From the NCBI GenBank assembly GCA_002687355.1, contig NYZZ01000036.1, positions 1 through 56,575 of the forward strand: DNA of 56,575 nt. Reading direction: 5' to 3'. The stretch comes from Methanobacteriota archaeon (GTDB lineage: Archaea > Thermoplasmatota > Poseidoniia > MGIII > CG-Epi1). The translations under genes were made by a program, and so were the position numbers. Of this stretch, positions 41,134 to 50,230 are shown in pieces. Position 1 is the first letter of the stretch. Every line of letters begins with the position of its first letter. Under the pieces are notes generated by a model, which did not search any database, was not told the DNA's origin, and saw only the letters and a list, made by a program, of their open reading frames with translations.

Positions 41134-42404
41134 ACCTACGTGAATTCGTTGACCTGCTCGCTGACAAGGGGCGACTACGAACTATCTCCCGTGAAGTCAG
41201 TCCCAAATACGAGGTGGCGGCGCTAATGGCGCAAGCGGGTGACACCCCGCTGCTCTTCACTAATGTTGACGGCAGCCAAATGCCAGTTGTCACCAACATC
41301 TGTGCTTCGCGTGAACTGGTCGCGCTCGGCCTTGGGTGCGACGAATCAGAAATCATGGAGCGCATCGCCGCTACAGGCGACTCGCAGGCGGAAGTGCCGC
41401 GCGCTGAGGCGACGGGATACCGCGAGGTCAAGCCGACGCTGGAAGGCTTACCAATCCTGACGCACCAGAAATTCGACGGCGGCCCCTACATTGCGTCGGC
41501 AATCGCTGCAGCCTTCGATAATGATCACGGTCTCAACCTGAGTTACCACCGCGGGATGAAGCTGGACGACCAACGCATGGTGCTACGCATCCTGCCGCGC
41601 AACCTTGACGCCTACCGCGAGCGCGGCCTGACGGAGTTCGCATTCTGCAACGGCGTCTCGGTACCTGTATTGCTCGGTGCTGCGACCTCGTTCGGCATCG
41701 ACGTTAGCGAGATGATGATTGCCAATGCACTCGGTACGTCGCCGCTGGTAGAAGTAGGCGGACACACGGTGCCACAGTCAGAGCTGGTGATGATATGCGA
41801 ATTCACCGGCGAAATGGCTGACGAGGGGCCGTTCCTCGATCTCACGGAAACCCCGGATATCGTCCGTAGTCAGCCTGTGGTCAAGCTAAAGCGACTGTTT
41901 CTGCGCGACGACTCAATTTTCCATGCATTGCTACCGGGCGGCCCGGAGCACAAGTTGCTAATGGGGATGCCACGCGAACCGACTATCTTCCACGCCATCT
42001 CGCAGATTACGGACTGCGTCGACGTCCACATCACACCTGGCGGCAGTTCTTGGTTGCATGCTATTGTCGCCATCCGCCCGCGAGATAATGGCGATGGCCG
42101 CAAGGCGATTGAGGCGGCGTTCGCCGGTCACTCCTCGCTAAAACATGTCTGGGTAGTCAACGACGACATTGATATCCGTGATCGTGACATGGTCGAGTGG
42201 GCGTTCGCGACTCGCTTCCAGGGCGATTGCGACACTGTTACGTTCCTGTCGAAGGGGTCGTCACTCGACCCATCGGCCCAGGCTGAGACGCGCGAGACCT
42301 GCAAGCTAGGGTTCGACTGCACTATCCCCAGTGACCGTGAGGCTGCTAATTTCGTACGCACCCCACCGGCAATGAACCTGAAGCTCGAAGATTACCTGGA
42401 CTAA
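41130..42404 (+). CDS. UbiD-family prFMN decarboxylase, probably anhydromevalonate-phosphate decarboxylase
   Basis: DGGPYI, NLSYHR, EGPFLDLT, LLPGGPEHKLLMG, WAFATRFQGD, SSLDPS; ATGA-coupled to mvk. Confidence 0.85.
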   Translation: MNLREFVDLLADKGRLRTISREVSPKYEVAALMAQAGDTPLLFTNVDGSQMPVVTNICASRELVALGLGCDESEIMERIAATGDSQAEVPRAEATGYREVKPTLEGLPILTHQKFDGGPYIASAIAAAFDNDHGLNLSYHRGMKLDDQRMVLRILPRNLDAYRERGLTEFAFCNGVSVPVLLGAATSFGIDVSEMMIANALGTSPLVEVGGHTVPQSELVMICEFTGEMADEGPFLDLTETPDIVRSQPVVKLKRLFLRDDSIFHALLPGGPEHKLLMGMPREPTIFHAISQITDCVDVHITPGGSSWLHAIVAIRPRDNGDGRKAIEAAFAGHSSLKHVWVVNDDIDIRDRDMVEWAFATRFQGDCDTVTFLSKGSSLDPSAQAETRETCKLGFDCTIPSDREAANFVRTPPAMNLKLEDYLD

Positions 42405-42444
42405 CGGTCGCCAATCCCTTTATCACCATCCAGCCTGCGCGAGC

Positions 42445-44148
42445 GTGGAACTGACCGTAAAGCAGCAGGCAATGCTCGCCGGCAATCACGGTGCGGCGAA
42501 GCAAATGGCGATGCGACTGTTGGTCGACCTGGGAACCGCAGCTGATGCTCCACAAATGGTGCCAGTAGCGGCTGCGCATGTCTCAGGAGTCTCGCCCCTT
42601 ACCGGTGGGCATGGACTGACTACTTTCCTAGAGAAGCTAGGTGATGACGCGCAGGTCGAGGTCGAGACAACACTCAACTCGGCCGGCTGTGACAGCCGCT
42701 GCTGGCGCGAGATGGGTGCGACTACAGACTATGTTGAGCGGCAGCAACGTATCCTTGACGCGTATGCAGCACTTGGTGTGCGACTGACGCTCTCGTGTAC
42801 ACCTTACGAAGCTGTTCAGACATCGCTGCCCGACGGGGTCGGCGCATGGGCTGAGTCGAATGCTGTCTGCTATGCCAATTCGTATACCGAGCTGCGGACC
42901 AACCGCGACTCGGGGTTGTCAGCGCTGGCTGCAGCTATCTGTGGCTGCACGCCAGACTACGGACTGCTGCGCGATGAAAATCGCACCGCCAACCTGCTGG
43001 TCGAGGTCGAATGCGACCTAGTAGAGTCCGTTGATTTCTCTGTGCTAGGTGACTGGGTTGGTAAGCAGCTGCCAACTGGACTGGCTCTGCCGTGGGGACC
43101 AGTGCCGCACTTTCGCGGTGTCGGTGAAGCGAACCACGAAGCGCGCAAAGCGCTCTCGGCAGCAGCGGCCAACTACGGCTGCGCGCTACTCTACCTTGAC
43201 GAACCACCCGCGGCAGAATATCAAGCGACATTGTGCTTCACGACTGCCGACCTTGAGGCGCGCTACGCGGAACTGGCGCCGCGCCACGCCGTAGATTTGG
43301 TCGTTATCGGCTGTCCCCAGGCGTCGCCCGCAGAGGTGCGTGCAACAGCGGAGCTAGTGCGCAACCGCAGTCTGCCAGAGGGGCGACTCTGGGTCTTCAC
43401 CGCCTCGCGCCACTGGGACTCACTGCACGAAGAGGTAGCTGCTATCGAGGCGGCGGGAGGGATGGTACTGCGCGACACCTGCCCCGAGGTAGTGCATTAT
43501 GACCGTGCGTCCGTCAACCACATCCTGACCAACTCGCTGAAGGCGGAGCATTACCTACAATCAGGACTGAACAGCATGCCGACTTCGGTTGCACGCCTCG
43601 CTGACTGCATCGCCCACGCTGCCGACCCAGAAATGGCGGACGGAGTGGCCCACAAAGGCAGGAGGCCGTCAGCGGTAGCGCATCACTCGACAAAGGTGCC
43701 GCAAGCAGGCGCGCTCTCGCTCGCCGGTAGTGGGCTTGAGTCACAAGACACCTGGATGGTAGAAGGTGAAGCGCTCGTCACTGACGTGCCGCTAACCTTC
43801 CTTGGCTTTGTAAATCGCAGAACTGGTGTCGTCGAGGAGCCGGGCCATCCACTCAATGGGGAGTCTATAGCTGGAAAGGTACTAGTCTTCCCGCGCGGTA
43901 GCGGCTCGTCGGTCGCACCCTATGTGCTGCTCGGCCTACTCTACCGCAATCACGGCCCATTAGCTATTGTAAACACTGAAATCGACCAGCAAACACTCCC
44001 TGCCTGCTCGCTACTCGGTGTGCCGTATGCACACTCATTTGGTCGCGATCCGTGCTTGGAGCTAAACAGCGGCGACCAAGTAAAGCTGGAGCTGCGCGAC
44101 AGCATCGTGACCTTGGAATTACTAGAGCGAGCGCCGGTGTCCAGTTGA
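42445..44148 (+). CDS. Aconitase X (probable phosphomevalonate dehydratase), large and small subunits fused
   Basis: N-terminal DUF521-like part (HVSGVS, SCTPY, WAESNAV.YANS, GCPQ, DTC, TNSLK); C-terminal DUF126-like part (GEALV...LTFLG.V...G...GESIAGKVLVFPRGSGSS). Confidence 0.85.
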   Translation: MELTVKQQAMLAGNHGAAKQMAMRLLVDLGTAADAPQMVPVAAAHVSGVSPLTGGHGLTTFLEKLGDDAQVEVETTLNSAGCDSRCWREMGATTDYVERQQRILDAYAALGVRLTLSCTPYEAVQTSLPDGVGAWAESNAVCYANSYTELRTNRDSGLSALAAAICGCTPDYGLLRDENRTANLLVEVECDLVESVDFSVLGDWVGKQLPTGLALPWGPVPHFRGVGEANHEARKALSAAAANYGCALLYLDEPPAAEYQATLCFTTADLEARYAELAPRHAVDLVVIGCPQASPAEVRATAELVRNRSLPEGRLWVFTASRHWDSLHEEVAAIEAAGGMVLRDTCPEVVHYDRASVNHILTNSLKAEHYLQSGLNSMPTSVARLADCIAHAADPEMADGVAHKGRRPSAVAHHSTKVPQAGALSLAGSGLESQDTWMVEGEALVTDVPLTFLGFVNRRTGVVEEPGHPLNGESIAGKVLVFPRGSGSSVAPYVLLGLLYRNHGPLAIVNTEIDQQTLPACSLLGVPYAHSFGRDPCLELNSGDQVKLELRDSIVTLELLERAPVSS

Positions 44149-44182
44149 TGGTGGAAAATACGTCTAGGGTGCCGCGGGTAGG

Positions 44183-44929
44183 GTGATGAGTAAACTTGAA
44201 CAACGGTTTGCAGTTGCCGCTGAGACTGCGCGCAAGCTCCCCCCACCTGGTCGTGCAAAACTACTGGAGCTTTACAGCCTCTACAAGCAGTCCCACGAGG
44301 GCGACGCACTACAGCAACGACCAGGGCTCACGAACTTGCGTGGGCGAACTAAACATGACGCCTGGGCTGCGTTGCAAGGTATGGCGCGCGAAACTGCAAT
44401 GCAACGCTACATCGCGCTGGTAGCTGAGCTGCAGGCAGCGCCAGTCGATTCAGATTTTGCCGATCGACATTCTACAGCGCGGGAGCTCCTCGAGCGACCG
44501 CTCAACTCCACTGAGTATGAAGTCATTCGCAAGCTCTGGAAGGCGCACTCACTGGCGGAGGACGACCGCGACATTGATGGACTGCTGGCGACGCTGACGC
44601 CTGACTGCCGCTATGAACTACCACAGCTTGACCGAACCTTCGAAGGCCATGCGGGCGCGACTGAGTTCTACGAGCGGCTGCTAGGAGCGTTCCCTGACAT
44701 CGATTTCCGTCTGACGAGCATCGTCATCGGCCCACAGGGTGTGGTCGAGGAAGCACGTGTCACTGGCACGCATGAACAGGACTGGCTGGGTTTTCAAGCC
44801 ACCAATGAGGAAGTCGAGTTCCAAGTTGTGATATTCTTTCCGTGGGACCCGGAAGAACAACTGTTCTGTGGCGAACGAGTCTGGTTAAGCTTTGGACGTG
44901 AGTATTACGACGGATATGGAATAGTTTAG
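44183..44929 (+). CDS. Acyl-CoA-binding protein fused to a SnoaL/NTF2-like domain
   Basis: LLELYSLYKQSHEGD...KHDAW...AMQRYI (ACBP); then HSLAED..DIDGLLATL...FYERLLGAFPD...GTH...GERVW. Confidence 0.8.
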   Translation: MMSKLEQRFAVAAETARKLPPPGRAKLLELYSLYKQSHEGDALQQRPGLTNLRGRTKHDAWAALQGMARETAMQRYIALVAELQAAPVDSDFADRHSTARELLERPLNSTEYEVIRKLWKAHSLAEDDRDIDGLLATLTPDCRYELPQLDRTFEGHAGATEFYERLLGAFPDIDFRLTSIVIGPQGVVEEARVTGTHEQDWLGFQATNEEVEFQVVIFFPWDPEEQLFCGERVWLSFGREYYDGYGIV

Positions 44930-44960
44930 CGGCAAAACCAGAAAAAGCGTCTGGAAAATT

Positions 44961-45626
44961 CTATGATTTCTGTATCAGAATCGTAGTTTGCTCCTTCTCG
45001 TACTTGCCGTTGCCGAATAACTCCAATTCCAAATGCTCCTCGAAATCTATTTGGTCACCATAACGGGATTTTAGTTGCTCGTAAAAGTTCCTAGGTACCG
45101 GGTAGGTCTGGTATTTGTATTTCGCATCGTCGTAGAGGTTGGCACCTATCCACAGGTAACCGCCCGATCTCAATATGGGAATTATGCGCCGGATAATCTC
45201 TCTCTGCTTCTCGACAGTAAAGCTGGCAGAAACCCCGTACATAATTACTAGATCAAACTGCTCCGGAGGTGAGTCAGCGAGATATTTCATGATATCCATC
45301 CTGTGAAAGTTACCGAGTCCCATTTTCTTGCGGCACTCTCGGATATTGAGTCTGCTGATATCCACACCATGCGGTACTGCCAGTTCTTTTTCTGCAAGAT
45401 ATGCCAGCATGGTCCCGGAACCGCAACCGAGGTCCAGAACGTTCTTTCCTGACAATTCCAGGGATGTGGTCTCCACCGTCTTGGCCACCATCTTTTCGAG
45501 ATCAGCGTTATCGAGATAACGCCAGATAGCTCCGTTCCCAGTGAACCAGTTCCGAATGATGTAGGAGCGCATCAGAACGTGCAGGTGTAGGAAGTTCTTG
45601 ACGCGTGCGTACATGGGTACTAGCAA
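44961..45626 (-). CDS. Class I SAM-dependent methyltransferase
   Basis: VLDLGCGSG, GVDIS, FDLV, LRSGG; visibly more AT-rich than its neighbours. Confidence 0.8.
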   Translation of the reverse strand: MLVPMYARVKNFLHLHVLMRSYIIRNWFTGNGAIWRYLDNADLEKMVAKTVETTSLELSGKNVLDLGCGSGTMLAYLAEKELAVPHGVDISRLNIRECRKKMGLGNFHRMDIMKYLADSPPEQFDLVIMYGVSASFTVEKQREIIRRIIPILRSGGYLWIGANLYDDAKYKYQTYPVPRNFYEQLKSRYGDQIDFEEHLELELFGNGKYEKEQTTILIQKS

Positions 45627-45669
45627 AACGGTATGGCTACCAGTGCTACAGAGTGTATTCGCGTGTAGC

Positions 45670-46395
45670 TCATTCCACGTACCGTCCGTATTCCCCGCGC
45701 TCTAACTTCGCAATTGCTGCCTTCTCGACTTCTGCATCGTAGCGAAAAGTGGGCCACTCGGATTCACCCTGCGGAGAGCGTAACTCGTCGAGCCTACCCT
45801 CCGCGAATGCATCTACGGCCTCAACCATCAGTTTCGCAGCTTCAACGAGGGTTGCATGGCAAATGTCGTGGTAAGTCGCACCGCGCTGCACAGGGATTTC
45901 ACGGCGACCGGCAAGATCACCAGCGTCGATGGCTACCGAACAGAAATGGCAGCTAGCACCAATGGGAATATCGTGGTAGACGGACCACGCCGGTGATGCA
46001 GAACCACGGCACTCCGGCAGCAGCCCAGGATGCGCGTTAAGCACGCCGCCGCGCGCGTCTCCATATTCCAGAATAGCACCGCGGATAATGCGGGTACCAC
46101 CAAAGACTATCAACTCTGGTTTGGCCTCCTCGATAAAGCTCATGCAATGCTCGTCGTTGTGTATAGGGACTGTCACAATCGGGATACCGTGCTCGAGCGC
46201 CTGATCTGCCATCGGCGGGCCAACCGAATGGGAGCCGATACGATACTCAAATTTCTCGCGCTCGACTTCACCTACGTCAGAATCTTCCTCGATAATCAGT
46301 GCCGGCGTAAACCCAGCTTCCAGCAGTCGCGCCAGCATCTCCCTGCCCCAGGGATGTTCGCGGATAGCCATGTAGACATAGCACGGCTGGCTCAC
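45670..46395 (-). CDS. Stand-alone formyltransferase (formyl-THF-binding domain only)
   Basis: LNAHPGLLPECRG and IDAGD motifs; 241 aa, with no Fmt C-terminal domain. Confidence 0.82.
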   Translation of the reverse strand: MSQPCYVYMAIREHPWGREMLARLLEAGFTPALIIEEDSDVGEVEREKFEYRIGSHSVGPPMADQALEHGIPIVTVPIHNDEHCMSFIEEAKPELIVFGGTRIIRGAILEYGDARGGVLNAHPGLLPECRGSASPAWSVYHDIPIGASCHFCSVAIDAGDLAGRREIPVQRGATYHDICHATLVEAAKLMVEAVDAFAEGRLDELRSPQGESEWPTFRYDAEVEKAAIAKLERGEYGRYVE

Positions 46396-46796
46396 GCGCG
46401 CGCCACGACCTTGAACTCGACCGCAATTGGGGTCGGTAGCGCGCCCACTTCAACCGTGGTGCGTGCTACACCAAGATCTTCGAAATGGCGAGCCCAAGTA
46501 GCGTTGAAATCTGGAAAGTCGCGTCGCATATTTGTCAGGAACACAGTGACATCGACTACGCGGTCGAGCGAACTGCCAGCCGCCTCCAAAATGGCACGCA
46601 CGTTGGCGATTACCTGCTCGGTTTGTGCAACGACATCATACTCCTGCGGGTTGCCATCAGCATCCTCAGTAGCGCCGCCTGCAATTCCACTGCCATCAGG
46701 TAACCGCGACCCAACGCCAGACAGGAACAGCATGTCGCCTTCCCGACGGCAATGGACGTAGGCGCCGACCGGTTGCGGTGCTGCGTCAGTCTTCAT
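46392..46796 (-). CDS. RidA/YjgF family protein, probably 2-aminomuconate deaminase
   Basis: APQPVGAY, LFLSG, DVTVFL, FN, ARTTVEV.ALP..IAVE; overlaps amnA. Confidence 0.82.
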   Translation of the reverse strand: MKTDAAPQPVGAYVHCRREGDMLFLSGVGSRLPDGSGIAGGATEDADGNPQEYDVVAQTEQVIANVRAILEAAGSSLDRVVDVTVFLTNMRRDFPDFNATWARHFEDLGVARTTVEVGALPTPIAVEFKVVARA

Positions 46797-47805
46797 TGCC
46801 CCCCGGCAGCGAACCCATTGAAGGTGCGTCGTGCAAATCGAGAACCTCGCGGTCGCCGGAGTAGAACTCGGGGTCGTCCTCGTCGTACTCTAAGTCGCCA
46901 GTGCTTTCTCCTGCCGGCTCGAGGCTGACGACCGCACTGCCGGTGCCCCAGATTGGCTCATAGGCGTGAACCGTGCCTGAGTAAAGATTGGCCTGTCCCA
47001 TGAACGCAGCCCACCACCAGAACGGCTTGAACGCGACCACTTTAGGGACACGTGCCTCATCGTGGAACTGGCGCGAAAGCTGTGATAAATCCTCAAGGCG
47101 GCCTTTCTCAAGATATTCTAGGAACTTGCGGTTCCACTCATCATCCTTGAGCGAGTGGATATGGTCGTCCGCTGGCTCCATTGGCTCCGTCACGAGCCGA
47201 TTGGAGAGTGTCGAAACAACGACCGCAGCGACGGTACGCCCCTGCTCCTCGACCGCGTCGCGCAGCGCTTTCCCGAGTACGGTAGTTTCGGTGCGATTGG
47301 CGTAGATATTGCTACTGACGATAGTCGCTGGTAATTCGTTATCGGGATTGAGCAGTTTCAGTGCCACCACCGTACCGGTGTCGATAGGGAAACCATGGTA
47401 GGCAACTGTGCGCGCATGCAGTCCACGAGCCTTGGCCTTCGTGACTGCCAGCTCAGCGAATTTGGCATCGATACGAAACTTATAGGGTATACTGCCAAGA
47501 TAGTGGAAATCATCATCGACGTGCGTCCACTCCGGCGTCGGGTTTGCCTGAAACTGGTGTCCTAAAATTGATGGCCACATCGTCGAATAGACAACGAGAA
47601 GATCGGCGCCACTAGCGGCAATCTGCTCACGTGCTGTTGCGAATCCATCGCGGACGCGCTGCCACCCTTCATTCTTCTCAGGACAGAGCAATGGATGCGG
47701 CAATCCGGGAACCAGTATACCGAGCGTGACAGAGTTGGCAGCTGTTGGTTCGTCAGCGACAGCCTCACCCAACGAAGCCTCTTTGCCAGCAACTGCAGCG
47801 TTCAT
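46786..47805 (-). CDS. amnA: 2-aminophenol 1,6-dioxygenase-like alpha (non-catalytic) subunit
   Basis: LigB-fold paralogue: LVPGLPHP, VYSTMW, GFPIDTGT, DDEWN, YEPIWGTG; follows the beta subunit. Confidence 0.8.
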   Translation of the reverse strand: MNAAVAGKEASLGEAVADEPTAANSVTLGILVPGLPHPLLCPEKNEGWQRVRDGFATAREQIAASGADLLVVYSTMWPSILGHQFQANPTPEWTHVDDDFHYLGSIPYKFRIDAKFAELAVTKAKARGLHARTVAYHGFPIDTGTVVALKLLNPDNELPATIVSSNIYANRTETTVLGKALRDAVEEQGRTVAAVVVSTLSNRLVTEPMEPADDHIHSLKDDEWNRKFLEYLEKGRLEDLSQLSRQFHDEARVPKVVAFKPFWWWAAFMGQANLYSGTVHAYEPIWGTGSAVVSLEPAGESTGDLEYDEDDPEFYSGDREVLDLHDAPSMGSLPGGNED

Positions 47806-48689
47806 GCTGAAGCGGGGTCCCAGCCAATGATGGCGTTGCCAGTGCCGATTACCGTCCCGTAAGCATGTATTTCACCCTGGTATTCAGGGAAATCCAGCGC
47901 AGACATCAGCCAAGTCAGGCTGCCTGCATCGGTCTCGGCGACAGTCTGTTCAGTGAAATCGGGCATGATGTCAATCATTTCGCGCGTTTTCCCGGAGCAC
48001 ATCAACTCAATCATCTTCATGTCCCAGAGATACTGGTGGTGGTTAGTGATGTGTTCCTGCGACATGTCCTCAGGCACCTCGGGTTCCTCAGTAAAGTGGC
48101 GATGCGAAAGCGAATTGCTCGAGAGCAGCAGCGCTCGCTTGCCAGATGCTTCGATGGCCTCGCGCGTCGCTTGGCCCAACTTGACCATATTCGCCTGCAT
48201 CACCTCCACTGAGAAGTAGTTGCGTGACCGGTTAGAGGATATGCAGACTATCGGGAGGTCCCAGTCCGGTCGCACCAGATGACAGCTGGTGATGGTGCCA
48301 TAGTCAATGCGGAAATCAGGGTTCTCCATCATCTGCACATGTAGCCCCGTCTTCGCGGCGTGATCGTGGATAGAACGCGACAGCTCGACATCTACAGTGA
48401 GGTCGTAGTTGTAGCGGAAGAGGTTCGGAAAAATTGGATCTACCGAGAGGTTCTTGAAATGTGGAACACCAAGGAAGTGGGTGCCAACGTAGGTCTGCCA
48501 GTGCGGAGTGTGGATGATGATTACATCGAATTCCTTGTCAGCCAGCGACTTACGCAACCGTTCGTATCCCCAGCGTAACTCCTCCCAGCCCCCCTCCGAA
48601 ACCGGCTCGTTTTGCGACGGGTTCTCAGCATAGACCAAGTGCGGCGGGTGCGGCGCTAGCGCGCCCATCACGATTTCACCCTTGGCCAT
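47802..48689 (-). CDS. amnB: 2-aminophenol 1,6-dioxygenase-like beta (catalytic) subunit
   Basis: APHPPHLVYAENP.QNEP..EGGWE.LRW, PHW, SVDPIFPNLFR, IDYGT, LSHRH, YGTVIGTGNA, as in AmnB/CnbCb. Confidence 0.9.
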   Translation of the reverse strand: MAKGEIVMGALAPHPPHLVYAENPSQNEPVSEGGWEELRWGYERLRKSLADKEFDVIIIHTPHWQTYVGTHFLGVPHFKNLSVDPIFPNLFRYNYDLTVDVELSRSIHDHAAKTGLHVQMMENPDFRIDYGTITSCHLVRPDWDLPIVCISSNRSRNYFSVEVMQANMVKLGQATREAIEASGKRALLLSSNSLSHRHFTEEPEVPEDMSQEHITNHHQYLWDMKMIELMCSGKTREMIDIMPDFTEQTVAETDAGSLTWLMSALDFPEYQGEIHAYGTVIGTGNAIIGWDPASA

Positions 48690-48793
48690 GGAGTGGCAGG
48701 TCGACCGGATTAATAAATCTCAGCGTCCGACTGTACCTCGTCACTATGCCCTTCGTGTGGTGGCGCATCCAGCAGGCGGAATAGTAGCCCTAA

Positions 48794-50230
48794 TCAGGCT
48801 TCCATCAAGCAAATGTTTGTCGGCTCTGAAAAGAATTCCAGCGAGTAGCGACCGCCCTCGCGACCAACGCCACTGTTCTTTATGCCTCCAAAAGGAACAC
48901 GCAGGTCACGGTGCAACCAGCAATTGACCCAAACCATTCCCGTGTCAATACCCTCAGCGATGCGCCGACCACGCTCCAGGTCGCGTGTCCAGACACTCCC
49001 TGCCAAGCCATATTCGGTGTTGTTGGCTATAGCAAGCGCCTCGTCGTCATTCTCGAATGGATGTAGAGTCACCACTGGGCCAAATATCTCCTCGGTTGCG
49101 GATCGGGAATCAGGTGCTAAACCCTCGATTACAGCTGGCTCCAGGAACGCCCCAGAATCGAATGGGGGCTCCAGTGTCGGACGTTCTCCACCGCATAGGA
49201 CTGTGCCACCCTCCTCCTGCGCAAGGACAACATAACTCTCAACCTTCTTACGATGTTCCTGTGAAACCAAAGCTCCTAGGTCGCACGACGCTGGATCTCC
49301 AATACTCATAGCCTTGACATAAGCGACAAAACGTGGTACGAACTCATCCCAGATTGAGCGTTCGACGAGCAAGCGGCTGCCGCAGAGACAGACTTGCCCT
49401 TGATTCATGAAAGCCGCACGCGCCGCTCCGGGAATCGTCTTTTCAAGGTCAGCATCGCCGCATACGATCGTGGCGTTCTTGCCTCCTAATTCGAGTGAGA
49501 GTTTCTTGAACAACGGTGCGGCACCAGCGGCGACGCTACGTCCTGTCGACGTCCCACCTGTGAACGAAATCGCACCAACTGCAGGATGTTCCACCAATGC
49601 CTGCCCGCACTTAGATCCACTTCCATGAACTATGTTTACAACTCCTGGCGGTAGCCCGGCCTCAGTAACCACTTCAGCGAGCAGGTTGGCAGTCAGTGGC
49701 GTCAGACGCGAAGGCTTGCAAACAACGCAGTTACCCATCAAAATTGCAGGTGCCACCTTCCAAGACAGCAGGTAGAGTGGAAGATTCCAGGGCGTTATCA
49801 ATCCTGCAACGCCAACTGGTTTCCGTACTACCACATTCAGTGCATCTTTCATTTTATACAGCTCATCGGGAAGCTCACGTACCAATTCGGCGAAGAAACG
49901 AAAGTTCAGGGCACTGCGTGCAGCGTCCACTGCGCGCGCCAGAGCGACTGGCTTACCGGTATCTCTAGACTCCAGTTCAGCGATTTCGTCGCTGCGTGCT
50001 TCTAGGGCGCTAGCGATGCTATCAAGCCAAACCGCGCGCTCCTCCACAGGGAGTGCACCCCACTCTGGCTGCGCCATCTGAGCTCCGGCAACAGCCGTCT
50101 TGATATCGGCTGCGGTCGAAGAAGGAATCTCGGCAATTTTCTCGCCGGTGGCGGGGTTATGGTCGTCGAAATATTTTCCATCTTGTGGAGCAGTCCATTT
50201 GCCGGCGATGAGATTAGCAATCCTTCTCAT
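48794..50230 (-). CDS. Aldehyde dehydrogenase, 2-aminomuconate/2-hydroxymuconate semialdehyde dehydrogenase type
   Basis: ITPWNLPLYLLSWKVAPA, SFTGGT, LELGGKN, NQGQVCLCGSR, EEIFGPV, WLHRDLRVPFGG. Confidence 0.88.
   Translation of the reverse strand: MRRIANLIAGKWTAPQDGKYFDDHNPATGEKIAEIPSSTAADIKTAVAGAQMAQPEWGALPVEERAVWLDSIASALEARSDEIAELESRDTGKPVALARAVDAARSALNFRFFAELVRELPDELYKMKDALNVVVRKPVGVAGLITPWNLPLYLLSWKVAPAILMGNCVVCKPSRLTPLTANLLAEVVTEAGLPPGVVNIVHGSGSKCGQALVEHPAVGAISFTGGTSTGRSVAAGAAPLFKKLSLELGGKNATIVCGDADLEKTIPGAARAAFMNQGQVCLCGSRLLVERSIWDEFVPRFVAYVKAMSIGDPASCDLGALVSQEHRKKVESYVVLAQEEGGTVLCGGERPTLEPPFDSGAFLEPAVIEGLAPDSRSATEEIFGPVVTLHPFENDDEALAIANNTEYGLAGSVWTRDLERGRRIAEGIDTGMVWVNCWLHRDLRVPFGGIKNSGVGREGGRYSLEFFSEPTNICLMEA

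Noticed and set aside
45670..46395. Methionyl-tRNA formyltransferase (fmt) call
   Set aside because: The C-terminal tRNA-binding domain is missing, the host is archaeal and the context is catabolic.
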